Assembly (NCBI RefSeq): GCF_018350175.1
Contig: NC_058383.1
Span: forward strand, 4,838,001-4,902,000
DNA: 64,000 bases
Source of the DNA: Felis catus
Taxonomy: Eukaryota
Direction of reading: 5' to 3'
The stretch's first letter is position 1. Every line of letters starts with the position of its first letter. Below are positions 13,150 to 26,393 of this stretch, piece by piece. The notes under the pieces are model-generated. The model did no database searches and was not told where the DNA came from. It worked only from the letters and a program-made list of their open reading frames with translations. The translations under genes were made by a program, and so were the position numbers.

Positions 13150-13590
13150 TAACCTTAAAAATAAAAATTATTTTTCCGGCAAAAATGGGTTAACACAAGA
13201 ATGGTAGAGAATGGTAATTCAGGACAAGCCTATGGCAAAAATCATAGGCTAGTCCGCCAAACCAAGGAGGGGAACTTTCTTTCGCAGAGAAGGAGGAGGA
13301 AGTCAGGAAGGGTTGTTTTGAAGGAAAGTCCACTGGGAAAAGTGAGGGATGGGGGCAAAGACAGCTCCTCATTGGCTCAGCTGAGTTGCAGGGCGCTCCC
13401 TTTCTTGGAAGAGAGGCTATGCACATCTTTCCCTGTTGGACCTGAACTGGATGATTCTCTTCTGTTTGATGATTCCTCTGTGGGGGTTGGTAATAGATCA
13501 TTCTTCCTACAGTTGAGGTAGACTGTTATGGCTCCCCCTTCTGGCCTCCTGGCTCCCTTTTAGTGAGGTTTCCCATTATTAATTTTCCCA
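13150..13590 (-). mobile_element. Probable ERV solo LTR upstream of GRID2IP exon 1
   Basis: Abrupt compositional change; minus strand begins gggaaaattaataatgggaaacctcactaaaagggagccaggaggccagaaggggg, as in LTR U3 starts. Family not determined. Confidence 0.4.
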
Positions 13591-13912
13591 TTAAGGTTTG
13601 TGGCCCTAGCCCACCTCACCGGTGCCCACATCTGGCCTCTTTTGGAAGACAGAGGCACCCCCCACCCCCTGCTCCCGCCCCCGGCCAGGCTCTCCTACAG
13701 CCGGGAGCCTAGAGACCTCCAAGTCAGCCATACCATGCTTCCTTCCCCAAGGAAGTCAAAAAGGAGAGTCCTACAATTCAAAGGGCAAATCCCCACCAAA
13801 GTCAGTAGGAATTTGTGAGTTTATGTCACTGAGAAGTCCCTTTGTCACATGGAAGTTGGTGAATTTCAGGCACAGCTGGATCCAGGAGTTCAGACACTGT
13901 TTTAAGAACTAA

Positions 13913-14482
<570 letters not shown>

Positions 14483-15316
14483 TGAGGAGTCGGGGTGGTG
14501 GGCAGGGGACCCTGGGCACGGGCCTGTTGTGGGCCTGGAGCTTGAGGCTCCCATAACCTGGAGCTGAGGAATCTTCTGGAGACATATTTACCAGAAATAT
14601 AATGACATTCAAGCTTCAAAGCCCTGTACCTAATTTTGTAATTCTTAATCCTTTTTTTTTTAAGTTTATTTACTTATTTTTGAGAGAGACAGAAGGAGCC
14701 AGCGGGGGAGGGACAGAGAGAGCTAGAGAGAGAATCCCAAGCAGGCTCCACGCTGTCAGCACAGAGCCTGATGCAGGGCTCTAACTCATGAGCCACACAC
14801 GAGATCATGACCTGAGCCGAAACCAAGAGTCGGACGCTTAAGCCACTGAGCTACCCAGGCGCCCCGTAATTTTGTTAACTCTTGTTCAGTTGTTTTGTAG
14901 AAGTTGCTTTTCTTTTTTATTGACATACACAGGTGTATAAAGTACATCAAGTGTACAGATCAACACATTTAGCATATGCACACACCCTTGTAATCAACCA
15001 CCCTCCTCAAAATGTAGAGCAACAGAATATAGATAATGACAGAATGTAGAAAACAGAACGATTCCTTCTCCCCGGAAACTTCCCACATGCCCTTTTTTCT
15101 GTCCTATTCACCCCATCAAGAGGTAGCTGATATTTCGAACTCCATCATTAGAGATGACTTTTGCCTGTTTGTGAAGTTGGTGTTAATGGATGTACTTCAT
15201 GTTAATGGACGTACAGCACGTTCTCTTTGGCGCTGAGCTTCTTGTTATGCCCGTGACTCTCACCCACATCCTGTGGTAGTGGATGTTCCCTTCCATTGCC
15301 CGTATTACTAATATAG

Positions 15317-15665
15317 TGTCTTAGTCCGTTGCGGCTGCTGTAACAAAACACCAGGGACCAGGGGGCTCAGAAACAAAAGGAATTAATTTCTCACCATTCT
15401 GGAGGCTGGAAGTAGAGGTTCTCAGCACACCAGCAGATTTAGTGTCTGGTGAGAGCCACTTGCGGGTTCATAGCTGGTGCCTTCTCCCTGTGGTGACAGG
15501 GGCAGGGGGACTTGCTGGGGTTTCTTGTCTAAAGGCACTAATCCCATTCAGAAGGGCTCTACCCAGAGCCCTCCCAGAGGCCCCACCTCCTAATACCATC
15601 ATCTTTGGGGCTTAGGATTTTAATATATGAATTTAGGAGGAACACAGACATTCAGAGAATAGCAC
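15317..15665 (-). mobile_element. MaLR (MLT1A/B-type) solo LTR
   Basis: tgtcttagtccgttgcggctgctgtaacaaaacacca...ggcactaatcccattca...aacacagacattcaga..atagca. Confidence 0.8.
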
Positions 15666-17074
15666 ATAGTGTTCCTTTTTTTAAAGAGTCACAGTTGTTT
15701 CAGGCCCCCACAAAACTGGGATCTGGCCCTGCCTTACACAGCAGTGTGGCTGGCTAGCTGGCCATAGGAGGCCCCGGTTCATGTCCCCCAACCTTCCAAA
15801 AGCATTTCCTCTCAGACTTTGGCGTGAACGGGCCCTGAGCGGTGGCAGGTGGGAAGTTAGGGCTTCCCTGAGGACTGAGAGTGACAGCCTGGAATGACCA
15901 CAAGAAGAGCCCAAGGTCTGAGTCACCTACAGGAAGCAAGGGGTGGCCACCAGGAGAGGTGGAGACCCAGGGCTGGAAAGGAAGGTCTGAGGATGGTGTT
16001 GGCCTCGGGCCAGGATCCCAAGCAATCCCTGATTTGCAGAAACCTGACCCTTTTATGGACAAATCCAGGCAAACCCAAGAAACTGGGGTGTGACACAGTC
16101 ATGGAGGAAGAGGCTGACCAGTATGGTCATGTCTGTTTGGGACCGTGGGCAAGGTCTCCATGCAGGAACCATCTCAGTCCATCCTCCCTCGTATAGCTGT
16201 CCTCCAGGGCCTTCAGATGTGGATGCCGAGCCCAACACCTTGGGAACTCAGTTTGATGATTGGGACACCCTTCCTTGTCCTCCATGGAAAGGTCACTACT
16301 CATTCCTCCTCTTGGCAGAGCTTGACCATGAGATTTGGGGGAGCAGAGGGCTGGGAAGCCCTGTTTGCATTTGGCTGTTGCAGAAATGGCTCCCAACCCA
16401 CTGCCCAGTGTCAGACCTCCATTCACCCAGCCTTCTCCAGTGCCCAAGCTTGGTCCAGTCCTCCCTTCTTCTAAACCTACCCCGCCCTCCGCCCCCTGCC
16501 AGGAACCTCAGCTCCACCATGTACCCTGGTATGACCCTTTGTCTGGGCAGGACCCCAACTTGAGCCTTTCAGCCCATGCCCCTGAGCAGGCCAGCCTCTG
16601 TAGCCAAGTATATGCAGTCACTCTCTCATACACACAACACTTAGCTCTGGCCTCCCTAGGTCACCAGTGTCCAGCTCCTCAAAAGATACGACTTCCTTTC
16701 TATCCCCAGAATAGGCTCTGCTGTCGTAGCAAACAACATCAAACATCTTGATGTCTTTGCACACCCCACGGGTTTATTTTTCATCCATACAAAGTCCTCT
16801 AAAAGTCCAGGCGACACTCTGGGGTGGCTGACCTCTACATGAGGCCCTCAACATCCCAAGACGCCCCCATCTCAATGCGAGGCTTCAGGATTTTCTCTAG
16901 AAGAGAGCATGGAAAATTGTGCATCAGCTTTTAGGGACTTCAAAAAGCAAACTACTGCACCTGCAGTCAATGTTCATTGGCCAGAGCTAGTCACGCTGCT
17001 GCTCCCAAAGGGTGCTGGGAAATGTAGTCTTCTGTGCATCCAGGGAGGAGAGCTTGAAATATTGGTGAGCACTT

Positions 17075-17442
17075 GTGCCCCAATCCGTCCTGGCTGCTGT
17101 AACAGAATGCCACAGACTGGGTGGCTTAGAAACAATGAGAATTTATTTCTCACAGTTCTTGAGGCCAGAAGTCCAAGATGAGCGTGCCAGCCAGCATGAT
17201 GGAGTGAGGGCTCTCTTCCAGGTTGCAGACTTCTCTTGTCCTCACAAGGGGGCAGGAGCTGGGAGCTCTCTGGGGCATCTTTCATAAGGGCACTAATCCC
17301 ACCCACAAGCACCCCACTCTCATGACCTAATCACCTCCCAAAGGCTCCACCTTGTAATACCATCACACTGGACATTAGGTTATTAACATATGAGCGGGGG
17401 TGGGGTGGGGCGGGGGGTGCACCACCATTCGGACCACAGCAA
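17075..17442 (-). mobile_element. MaLR (MLT1A/B-type) solo LTR
   Basis: ggctgctgtaacagaatgccacagactgggtggctta...ataagggcactaatccc...cctaatcacctcccaaaggctccacc. Confidence 0.8.
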
Positions 17443-20400
17443 CTAGTAATGCCTGCTAGAATTCCAGATGACCTGGAAGGCCTGCCCGAGGCTCCGTCCA
17501 GCCTCTGGAGAGTTGGAAAGGGGCATGGTCAGAACCCCCAGAAGGTCAAGGTGGATATGAGGACCTGGCCACAAAGCAGGGCCAGGGTGGTGACCAGCGG
17601 GGGGGAGGAACGTGACCGGCCGCCCAGGCCAGCCATGATGTGTTTTCTGGCAAGGGGGAGTGCTGGGTTCTGGTTAGAGCTCACCAAGCATCTCCAAAAA
17701 CTGAGAGCAAATCCCCAGGAAAGACTGCCTCAGGACAATCAAGGGCTTTCTGACAATTAGCTTCCAGCCCTCTCCCTGCCCCAGTTTTTCCTCCTTGAAG
17801 ATTCTGATATTTAATAGAAATCCATTAGTGTCCCGTGATGGTGCCTCACGCTTAGATATAGGTTGGGAGCATCTGGGTAATAGCTGACACCAAAACCGCA
17901 CTGTGGCACAGGCCCCAGGGGGGAGGAACTATTTTTTCCTCTTTCTTACATAAAACGTCTTTCCAGCTAGCCATGTTCTCCTTTGAATTGAGGCTGCATC
18001 TGACTTTGATTTCAAAACCACTAACCTTCCTCGGCACAGTGGGTGGAAGAGAAGGGGGTGCTGGTGCTGCAGCCCACCCTGCTCACCACCAGGGAAACTG
18101 AGGTCGGCAGGGGAGCTGCAGGAAACGCCGTGAGAGGACAGCCAGCCACCACTGTGGCTCTTCAGTTCAGTTCCAGAAACATCCAGCGAGTGCCTACTAT
18201 GTGCCAGGCCCTGTGCTCAGGTCTGGGTCTCAGGCCGTCGCATCAGGTCATACCAGGCGGAGGAGACAGACGTGTGGGGTGCGTGTGCTAGGACTCAGGC
18301 CTGACGCCCTTGAACCGCTGTTTCTATGGCATCATCACTTCTGGAAAGCCTTCCTGAATCGCCTTGTGCGTCTATCTAGGAGGGAGTTAGACATGCAGTT
18401 CTGAAGTTCAGGAGCAGGCTCTGGGCTGAAGATCAAGGTCCAGGTCACTATTTGGGGTCCTTGCCCAGAGAATTGCCACAGGACGCTGCAAGAAGGGGGC
18501 GCACCGTAGTGGGTCAGGGCAGTTGGATAGAAATAGCAAGTGTAGACAGCTCTGGGCCAGAAAAGTTAAGAGCATGATGGGGTTGCAGGGCAAGAAGGAC
18601 TTGATGTACTCGTGTATTTACAGGTGGGGAGGGACTTGAACATTTATAAAAGCTCAAGGGAAGGAGGCAGTAGAGACGCTGACATCCATGTGTTTCGCCA
18701 TCAGTGATTACGGGCGTGATGCGCCAGGGCTGGGGAGACAGCCGTGATGAGGGCAGGCAGGGAAACTGCTCCCCTGTAGCTCATGTTCCTGTGGGGAAGA
18801 GCCAGAGAGGAAGTGGACAAATCTATAAACAAGCTATCTGGGCATAACGATCAAGGAGGTGAAGAAATAGGGAGATGAGAGAGAGATGGGGCCCATTTGG
18901 CCAGGGTGGTCAAGAAGCGTCCTCAAGGAGGTGACTTTTGAGCGGAGAGCCACGTGACAAGTAGGTGGCAGGAAGAGAAGGTGGGGACAGGTGGGGCAGA
19001 GGGTGTCTGTGGACTGGAGGGTTGACCTTGACCAGGAAGTGGGGAGCTCTTGGTTCTCGGGCGGCAGAGGGTTGTGGGGAAGGATGCTGTCTGCGGATGT
19101 CTGGAGGTGGATGGAAGGTGGGAAAGGCGGTAGAGGACAGCCCCAGCTCTGGCTGAGGCTGCGCCCGCACTCCCCTAACAGAGATGCGTGGCAAACTCAC
19201 AGGCTCGCTCTGCCGCCCAGCCTCCCACCTCTGCTTCGGGGTCAGCTCAGGTTGTCAGTGTCCAGACACACCTCAGACCCCTGACCGTGAAGGGAGGGTT
19301 CTCGTGGAGTATGGACAGACCATGGCTAACTGCTACATTAAAAAAGAAGTGTTTGGGGGGCACCTGGGTGACCCAGTTAAGCGTCTGACTTTGGCTCAGC
19401 TCATGATCTCATGGTTCTTGGGTTCGAGCCCTGCGACAGGCTCTGTGCTGATGGCTCAGAGCCTGGAGTCTGCTTCAGATTCTGTGTTTCCCTCTCTCTC
19501 TGCCCCTGCCCCACTCACACTCTGTTTGTCTCTCTCTCTCAAAAACAAATAAACATTTTTTTAAATTAAAAAAAAAAAGCCACCTCACTCTTGTGATTCC
19601 ATTCACAAGAAGTATCCAGTGTAAACAAATCCGTGGACACAGAAAACAGATTAGTGGCTGCCACCTGGCTGGGGGAAAGCGGCCGAGGGAGTGAGTACTT
19701 CGTGGGCACAGAGTTTCCATTTGGGGGGATATGAAAATGTTCTGGAACTGGATGGTGGTGATGGTTAAACCATGTTGTGAATGTACTTAATGCCACTGAA
19801 TCGTACACATTAAAATGGTTACAATGCTAAATTGTATGTTACGTGCATTTTTACTACAGTAAAAAATAAAGGGAGAAATGATAACATGCACTCTTTTTCC
19901 TGACTGTATAAACCATATAAACTGTAGAGAAAATGGAAACCACTGACTTATTTAAAAAATCCAGATCACTCTAAAACTTAGTGCATATTTCCAATTCATA
20001 GATATATGCGTAATTGTATATGTATAAAAATGTAACACTGCATATCCCATTTGTAACCTGTTTTTTTTCACTTGCCTGTTTATCACATTTTCCTGTATAT
20101 TTTATAATAGCTTCATTGAGATATATCCACATGTCATACAATCTACTTATTTAAAGTGTACAATTCAGTGGTTTTGGATATATTCACAGATTTATGCAAC
20201 CATCACCAGGATCAATTTTATTCGTTTATGTTTGTTTAGTTTTGAGAGAGAGAGAGACAAAATGTAAGCGGGGGAGGGGCAGAGAGAGAGGGAGACACAG
20301 AATCCAAAACAGGGTCCAGGCTTCCAGCTGTCAGCACAGGGCTCGAACCCAGGAACCGTGAGATCATGACCTGAGCCGAAGTTGGATGCTTAACCGACTA

Positions 20401-21995
20401 AGCCACCCAGGCACCACCACGATCAATTTTAGGACACTCTAGTTACCCCACCAAAAGAACCTCCACAGACTTAGCCATCACTCTCCATTTCATGTTTTTT
20501 TTTTTTAAATGTTTATTTACTTTTGAGAGAGACAGAGACAGAATGAGAGTGGGTTAGGGGCAGAGAGAGAGGGAGACACAGAATCTGAAGTAGGCTCCAG
20601 TCCCTAAGCTGTCAGCACAGAGCCTGACACGGAGCTCGAACTCACAAGCTGTGAGATCATGACCTGAGCCAAAGTTGGACGCTCAACTGACTGAGTCCCC
20701 CAGGCGCCCCTCCATTTCATGGTTTTAAATAAAGATCTTCAGCACCATTTTTTCTGACCAAATAGTCCCACCTTACATCAATTGCAAGATGCCCGTTTTA
20801 TTGACCATCAACAGAGAAAAACCTGTGCCAGTTAACCCATGACCCATATTTCCTTATTACTTACTCATCATTTAGTTTAGTAGCCATTGAAAGAGAATTT
20901 CTAGACTCATTTGGAACATATTTAGTACCGGCAATGCACGTAAGTCAGTTCAAGTAACGTGGTGAACATCTATGACCACATCCATATACATGCACAGGAA
21001 CAGCAATTAGCCATAAGATACATCCCGATTTCAGAGATGCTCGCCCCCAGAATCAACGATGTCCAGTACCACAGGGTATCAGGTGAACTTGGCTCTCCAA
21101 CAACAGAAGTTGACTGTGCTAACTTGGGCAGGAGAAAGGGATCGGGGGGAGGAACGGTTCACAGAGTCGGCACTGGAGATCCAGCCTTAGAACCGGGACA
21201 GGACCAGCAACCTGAGGTCCAGCTGTCCTAAACCACCCAGTTAGGACAAGTCCGCTCAGGGTGCACTGCGGGGCTTTGTCACCACCCTGAGCAAGCTTTG
21301 CTGTCCCCTGTCTCTGCATCATCTTTTCAAGAGGCAAAACCCTGCACAAGAGCCTCCAACTGCCCAAAGCTACCCTTGGCTGCCCCGTAACTGCCGGAGT
21401 CTTGCCTCCCACATGGTTTGGGGTTTCCCCCTTTCTTGGCTGAATAGCCAGGACTACAACTACCCCCCCCCCCACCAAATGGATGTGCTACAGTTATTTA
21501 TCCAGTATTATCAGGATTTCTGTATTGCTTCCAATGTCTCCATGAACAATGCAGAATGAACCTCTTCACTCATAAATCTCTGTGCATAGTCTTGTCTTTC
21601 AGGACAGATCTAGGATACGTTTCTAGATCATTGGGTAAAGTCCTGGTGCATTTTTAGGCTCTGAACACACTTACCAAGCTTCCCTCCGGAAACATGGTGC
21701 CCGTTTGCATGCCCCTTTCCAACGGCTGCATGGACTCCTCTGAGTAGATGTACCTTCATTGGTACCAGCTGGTTTGGACACAAAGCAGAAGAAAACAGAA
21801 GTCCAGAGAGAGCACTGGAGGAGTCCAAATTCAGGGCTAGGCACACACCCCGGGGCTTTTTTGTGGCGCCAGAATGTTCCCTGTGGGATCTCTCAGCGAA
21901 CCGTGTGGTGGCAGGGAGTATAGTGTTATAATAATAGTAACTAGCAATTATTGAGTGCCTGGCACATTTTAAAGCTCTTGTATTGATTCCTTTGA

Positions 21996-22553
<558 letters not shown>

Positions 22554-23386
22554 TGAACCCCAACACTGACCCACTCGCAAGGTGGGCCGGTGGCCTGAAG
22601 GCCGACCCTGGGAAGGGCAGCTGTTGGCTCTGCTGGGTGCCAGGGCATCACTGTGTACGAGTTGGGATGGCTGCTGGATGCTGGGCTGGGACAGGCTGCA
22701 GAGAGGAGCCATCTCCTGCAGGAAGGACGCCCCGTGCTACAAACAGTGTGTGCTGTGTGCCCTCTGATGATGCCAGCTGTGTGCCAGGGACCTCATCAGG
22801 GCCCTAGAGAAACACTCTCTGGCTGAATCACCCCAGCACTATTATTATGCCCATTTCTCGAAGGCAGACTGAGGCTCAGAGAGGGTAAGAGGCTGGCCCA
22901 AAAGTCACACAGCAAATGAGTGCTGTCACAGTACCATGAACCCATCAGCTGTGCACTTGTGTTATGCTCAATTTTGGACCCTGTCAGTTTATCCTTTAGG
23001 AAAAAAATTGCCTGGTGGGTTTACACCTGGCGTAGCCCCTGAGTCCTCTGAGCCCCCCACACCCCACCCCCTTTCCCACCAGGGCATCACAGCCCTGCAC
23101 AGCACTGCTTTGATCAGGCCCCCTCCAAGTGATGCCTGATGCCTTCCCTGCCGGGATCCCGCGGGGTCTTTCTCTCCTCACCCTGCCTCCAGGGCCTGCG
23201 ATGGCTCCCCCCTCCCCCTTCCTGGGCTCAGCCCGCCCCCTCCCCTTGCTGCCATTCACCCCACAGCCTGCCCCTCCCTCTGGGCCTGGCCAATGTCAGG
23301 GACAGGGCTGGCCACCCCCCCACCAAGCCCGGGCGCGGCGTCTCGACTCTGCAGCGGAGCACAGAAGGCCACCGAAAGAGGCCACC

Positions 23387-23400
23387 ATGAGCTGCCTGGG
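23387..23400 (+). CDS. GRID2IP: Alternative first coding exon of short (palmitoylated) Delphilin, MSCLG
   Basis: GCCACC ATG AGC TGC CTG GG|GTGAGT: consensus Kozak -6..-1 and consensus donor. Phase 2 matches exon 3, giving [16 protein letters not shown]. Confidence 0.9.
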
Positions 23401-23800
23401 GTGAGTTAGGGGCCTGCCCCTTGCTAGGAAAATCCAAAGAGAGGAAAAAAAAAAGTTATTTCTACAGCCTAATTTTCAGCGGATGATGCGCTGGCGCTGA
23501 GGGCTCCCTGGGGAGGTGATGGATGGGCAGCCCCCCACCCCGCCCATCTCCACCAGGGCTGGGTGAGGGGCGAGGGCGGCTCGCCGTCCCCTGGGAAGTT
23601 GGCACACTTGTGTCGAGGCTGCTAGCAGCTGGACTCAGCTGGCCCTCTCGGTCCCCCTCGTCTCCCTTCGGAGCTGCCCCGGCTTCCGTCTCTGTCGCCT
23701 CTGTCTCCCGGGACAGCCTGTCTGCCTCCCTGAGCCTGCTTTCCCGTTCGTTAGTCCCCAGGCGACCGGCAGTGGGTCAGGAAGAGCCGGGGTGGGGGAG

Positions 23801-23815
23801 GCGCCCCCTGGGGCG
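23801..23815 (-). promoter_or_regulatory. Candidate CTCF site
   Basis: Reverse complement CGCCCCAGGGGGCGC resembles the CTCF core CCACCAGGGGGCGC. Confidence 0.4.
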
Positions 23816-24568
23816 TGCTTGGTTTAGAGTCCCGGGGAAGTGGGAACCTTGGACAGCCGGGGATGCCCGGTCCCCGCAGCATCCCCGGGGCGCTGCTGGG
23901 GAGGATGAAACGGCAGCTCTGTTGTCAGCGATTGTCAAGTTCGACAGGAAAATTGGGGAGGATGCTGGCAGAGGGGGCGGCGCCCAGCTGGGCTCTGCAG
24001 GGAGAGGGGTACCTTGGCAGCGTGTGGCCTCAGCCGCCCCCACCCCCATCTCCTTACCGTCCACCTCCCCACCCCCACTCCCAGGCTCTGTTGGCCCACA
24101 CGCTGGGTTCCAGGGTTGCGGCAGTGATCCCCGTGCAGCACCTTCTATGGGAGAGCTCACAGGGGGTATGGAGGAGCCACAGATACAGTTACCTGTGATT
24201 CTGAGGGCTGAGTGCCAGCAGCCCAGGGCTAACTCAGCAGGGCGCAATCAGGACAGGCTCCCTGGAGGAGGCAGCAGGTGCCCCTGCTGTGGCTCAGTGA
24301 CCCTCCAAGTCTGGCAGTATGTCCTGTGGGGGTGGGAAGACAGCCCCCTAGAAGATTTCATCAGGGCCAGGCATGTAGCCACAGAAGTGGACCCTGCCAA
24401 GGCGAGGGTGGTGCCACTCAGTACCCAACACTGGGCACCCAACAGTACCCGGCCGTGAACCACCTTGTTGGGGTGGGTGGCCACAAAGAGCCACCGCTGC
24501 AGCCTTGGGATGTCCCATTGGGGAGAGACAAGGTTTAAATGAGAGATTGAGCAGCAAGCGGTAGGTGA

Positions 24569-24571
<3 letters not shown>

Positions 24572-24651
<80 letters not shown>
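24572..24651. repeat. Compound (TG)n(AG)n microsatellite
   Basis: About 17 TG units followed by about 23 AG units. Confidence 0.97.
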
Positions 24652-24658
<7 letters not shown>

Positions 24659-25599
24659 GAGGCTGGAACCCACCCCAATCACCGTGTGACCTCTGAGGGG
24701 TGGTCCCAGGGGCCAGATCAGAAGGCTTGGGGAGAAAGCAGAGGGAGCGGTGAGATCATGGAGCACAGCAGCCACATGTACCTTTTTAAAAATTAAATTT
24801 AACGATTATTAAATAAAATTTAAAATTCAGCCTCTCCGGCTAGCTGGGCCCATTTCGAGTGCCCAGTAGCCACGTATGACTAGTGGCTCCCGTGCGGGAC
24901 AGTGCACATTTAGAACGTGTCCATCGCCGCAGAAAGTTCTCCTGGTCGGTGCTGCCAGGAGGGAAGATCTGGGTCAGCGGTGGCAACGTGGGCCGAGGGG
25001 TTCGTTCCGCAGCTCAGAGCCTAATGTGGATCTACCCCCAAAGGGATCCCAGTTTGATGAAGTGATAAAATGACTTTCTAATTAGGACGGGCCAGGCAGT
25101 TTGGGAAGTGTGACGTAGTCAGGAGGGAGCAGGGGAGCGAAGGTGGCTTTGTAGTCTGCTGTGTTCCAGGGAATCTAGAAGGAGCCGGAGGGGCAGCTGG
25201 GTGGGAGGAGAGGGAAGCAAAAGCCGTGATGGAGGAAGCTGGGATCTGGAACTCCAACAGACCTAGCTTGAACCCCCGGGTCCACTCACTGGCCATGCAG
25301 CCTTGGGTAGGCTGACTGGCCTCTACAGTTTGTCTGAAGAATGGGGCTGCCAACCCTTACGTGTTCCCAGCAGGGCTCTTGGTAGGAAATCACATAAATG
25401 AAGTGTGCCAGCTACAAGCAAGGAAGAGATCGGTTGAGAATCTGGGGTGAGGGGACACCTGCACCCCACTTCATCCTCTTCTGCTTTAATGACAAATGTC
25501 CGAGGCACCATAATGCCAAGCGATTGGGAGAATTCTTATGAAACTGAGCAGAAGTACAAGGGACGTAGTATGTGCTCAGTTAGTGTGGGCTTCCCCTGG

Positions 25600-25832
25600 G
25601 GAAGATCTCTTTCTTCCTGGCACTGTTGGCATTTGGGGCCCGATAATTCTCTGTTGCGGGGGGTGGGGGTGCTGTATGTTGTCAGATGCCCACAGCATCT
25701 CTGGCCTCCACCCACTAGATGCCAGTAGCACACTTTCCTCCCAATTGTCACTTTGTGACAGCCCAGATTGTCTCCAGACAGTGCCAAATGTCCCCTGGGG
25801 GGCAAAATCACTCCCCAGTTGACAACTGCTGT
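25600..25832. mobile_element. MER20-like DNA transposon
   Basis: ggcactgttggcatttggggcccgataattctctgttg...cagcatctctggcctccacccactagatgccagtagca...gccaaatgtcccctgggggcaaaatcactccccagttgacaactgctg. Confidence 0.85.
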
Positions 25833-26357
25833 CCTAGAGTGATGTGCCTTTAGTAGCATCCTCTCGTGGGGCAGGCTCTGCAGCAAAGGCCAGCTGTCGG
25901 CTGACCCCTGCCCTCACCCCCCACCATGTCGTCTTGGGCTATCTGGCCAGGTGCAGATCTTATCCCCTTCTGATGCCTTCACTGTGCGCTGGGCTGCTGG
26001 GGCAGAGGGGCGGCATGTGCTGTGGACAGACAGGGACGGGGACAGGGGACGACAGTGACGCCTGGCCCCAAGGCGGTGTGTGCACTTGCGCCTGTGTCTG
26101 GCATTTGCTCTGTGTTCACACCTCCTCTGCCCACAGCAAGGTGGACCGACCGTCTTCATGGCCTTCGGGCAGGCCTGGTTCTGGATGCTGGGCCATTGCA
26201 CCTGGAGCCAAACAGAAACAGCTCATGATGGGACAGCGGTGGCCCTGCAGATGTCAGGGAGCTGTATTGACTCTGGAGGTTTTCAGGCTTTTCTGTCCCT
26301 GGCAGGGCTGAGGACCAGGCCTGGGAGGATGCCGCATGAGTGCTGGCTCCGGCTTCC

Positions 26358-26359
<2 letters not shown>

Positions 26360-26392
<33 letters not shown>
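26360..26392. repeat. (CTG/CAG)11 trinucleotide repeat
   Basis: Uninterrupted CTG x11 in GRID2IP intron 2. Confidence 0.97.

Positions 26393-26393
<1 letters not shown>

Noticed and set aside
20738..20760. TTCAGCACC as a REST/RE1 site for this neuronal gene
   Set aside because: Only the left half matches; the GGACAG right half is absent.
23523..24458. 311-aa + strand ORF in intron 2 as a GRID2IP exon or nested gene
   Set aside because: No recognisable domain and not needed for the Delphilin frame. It is a Ser/Pro-rich mirror of the minus frame in GC-rich DNA.
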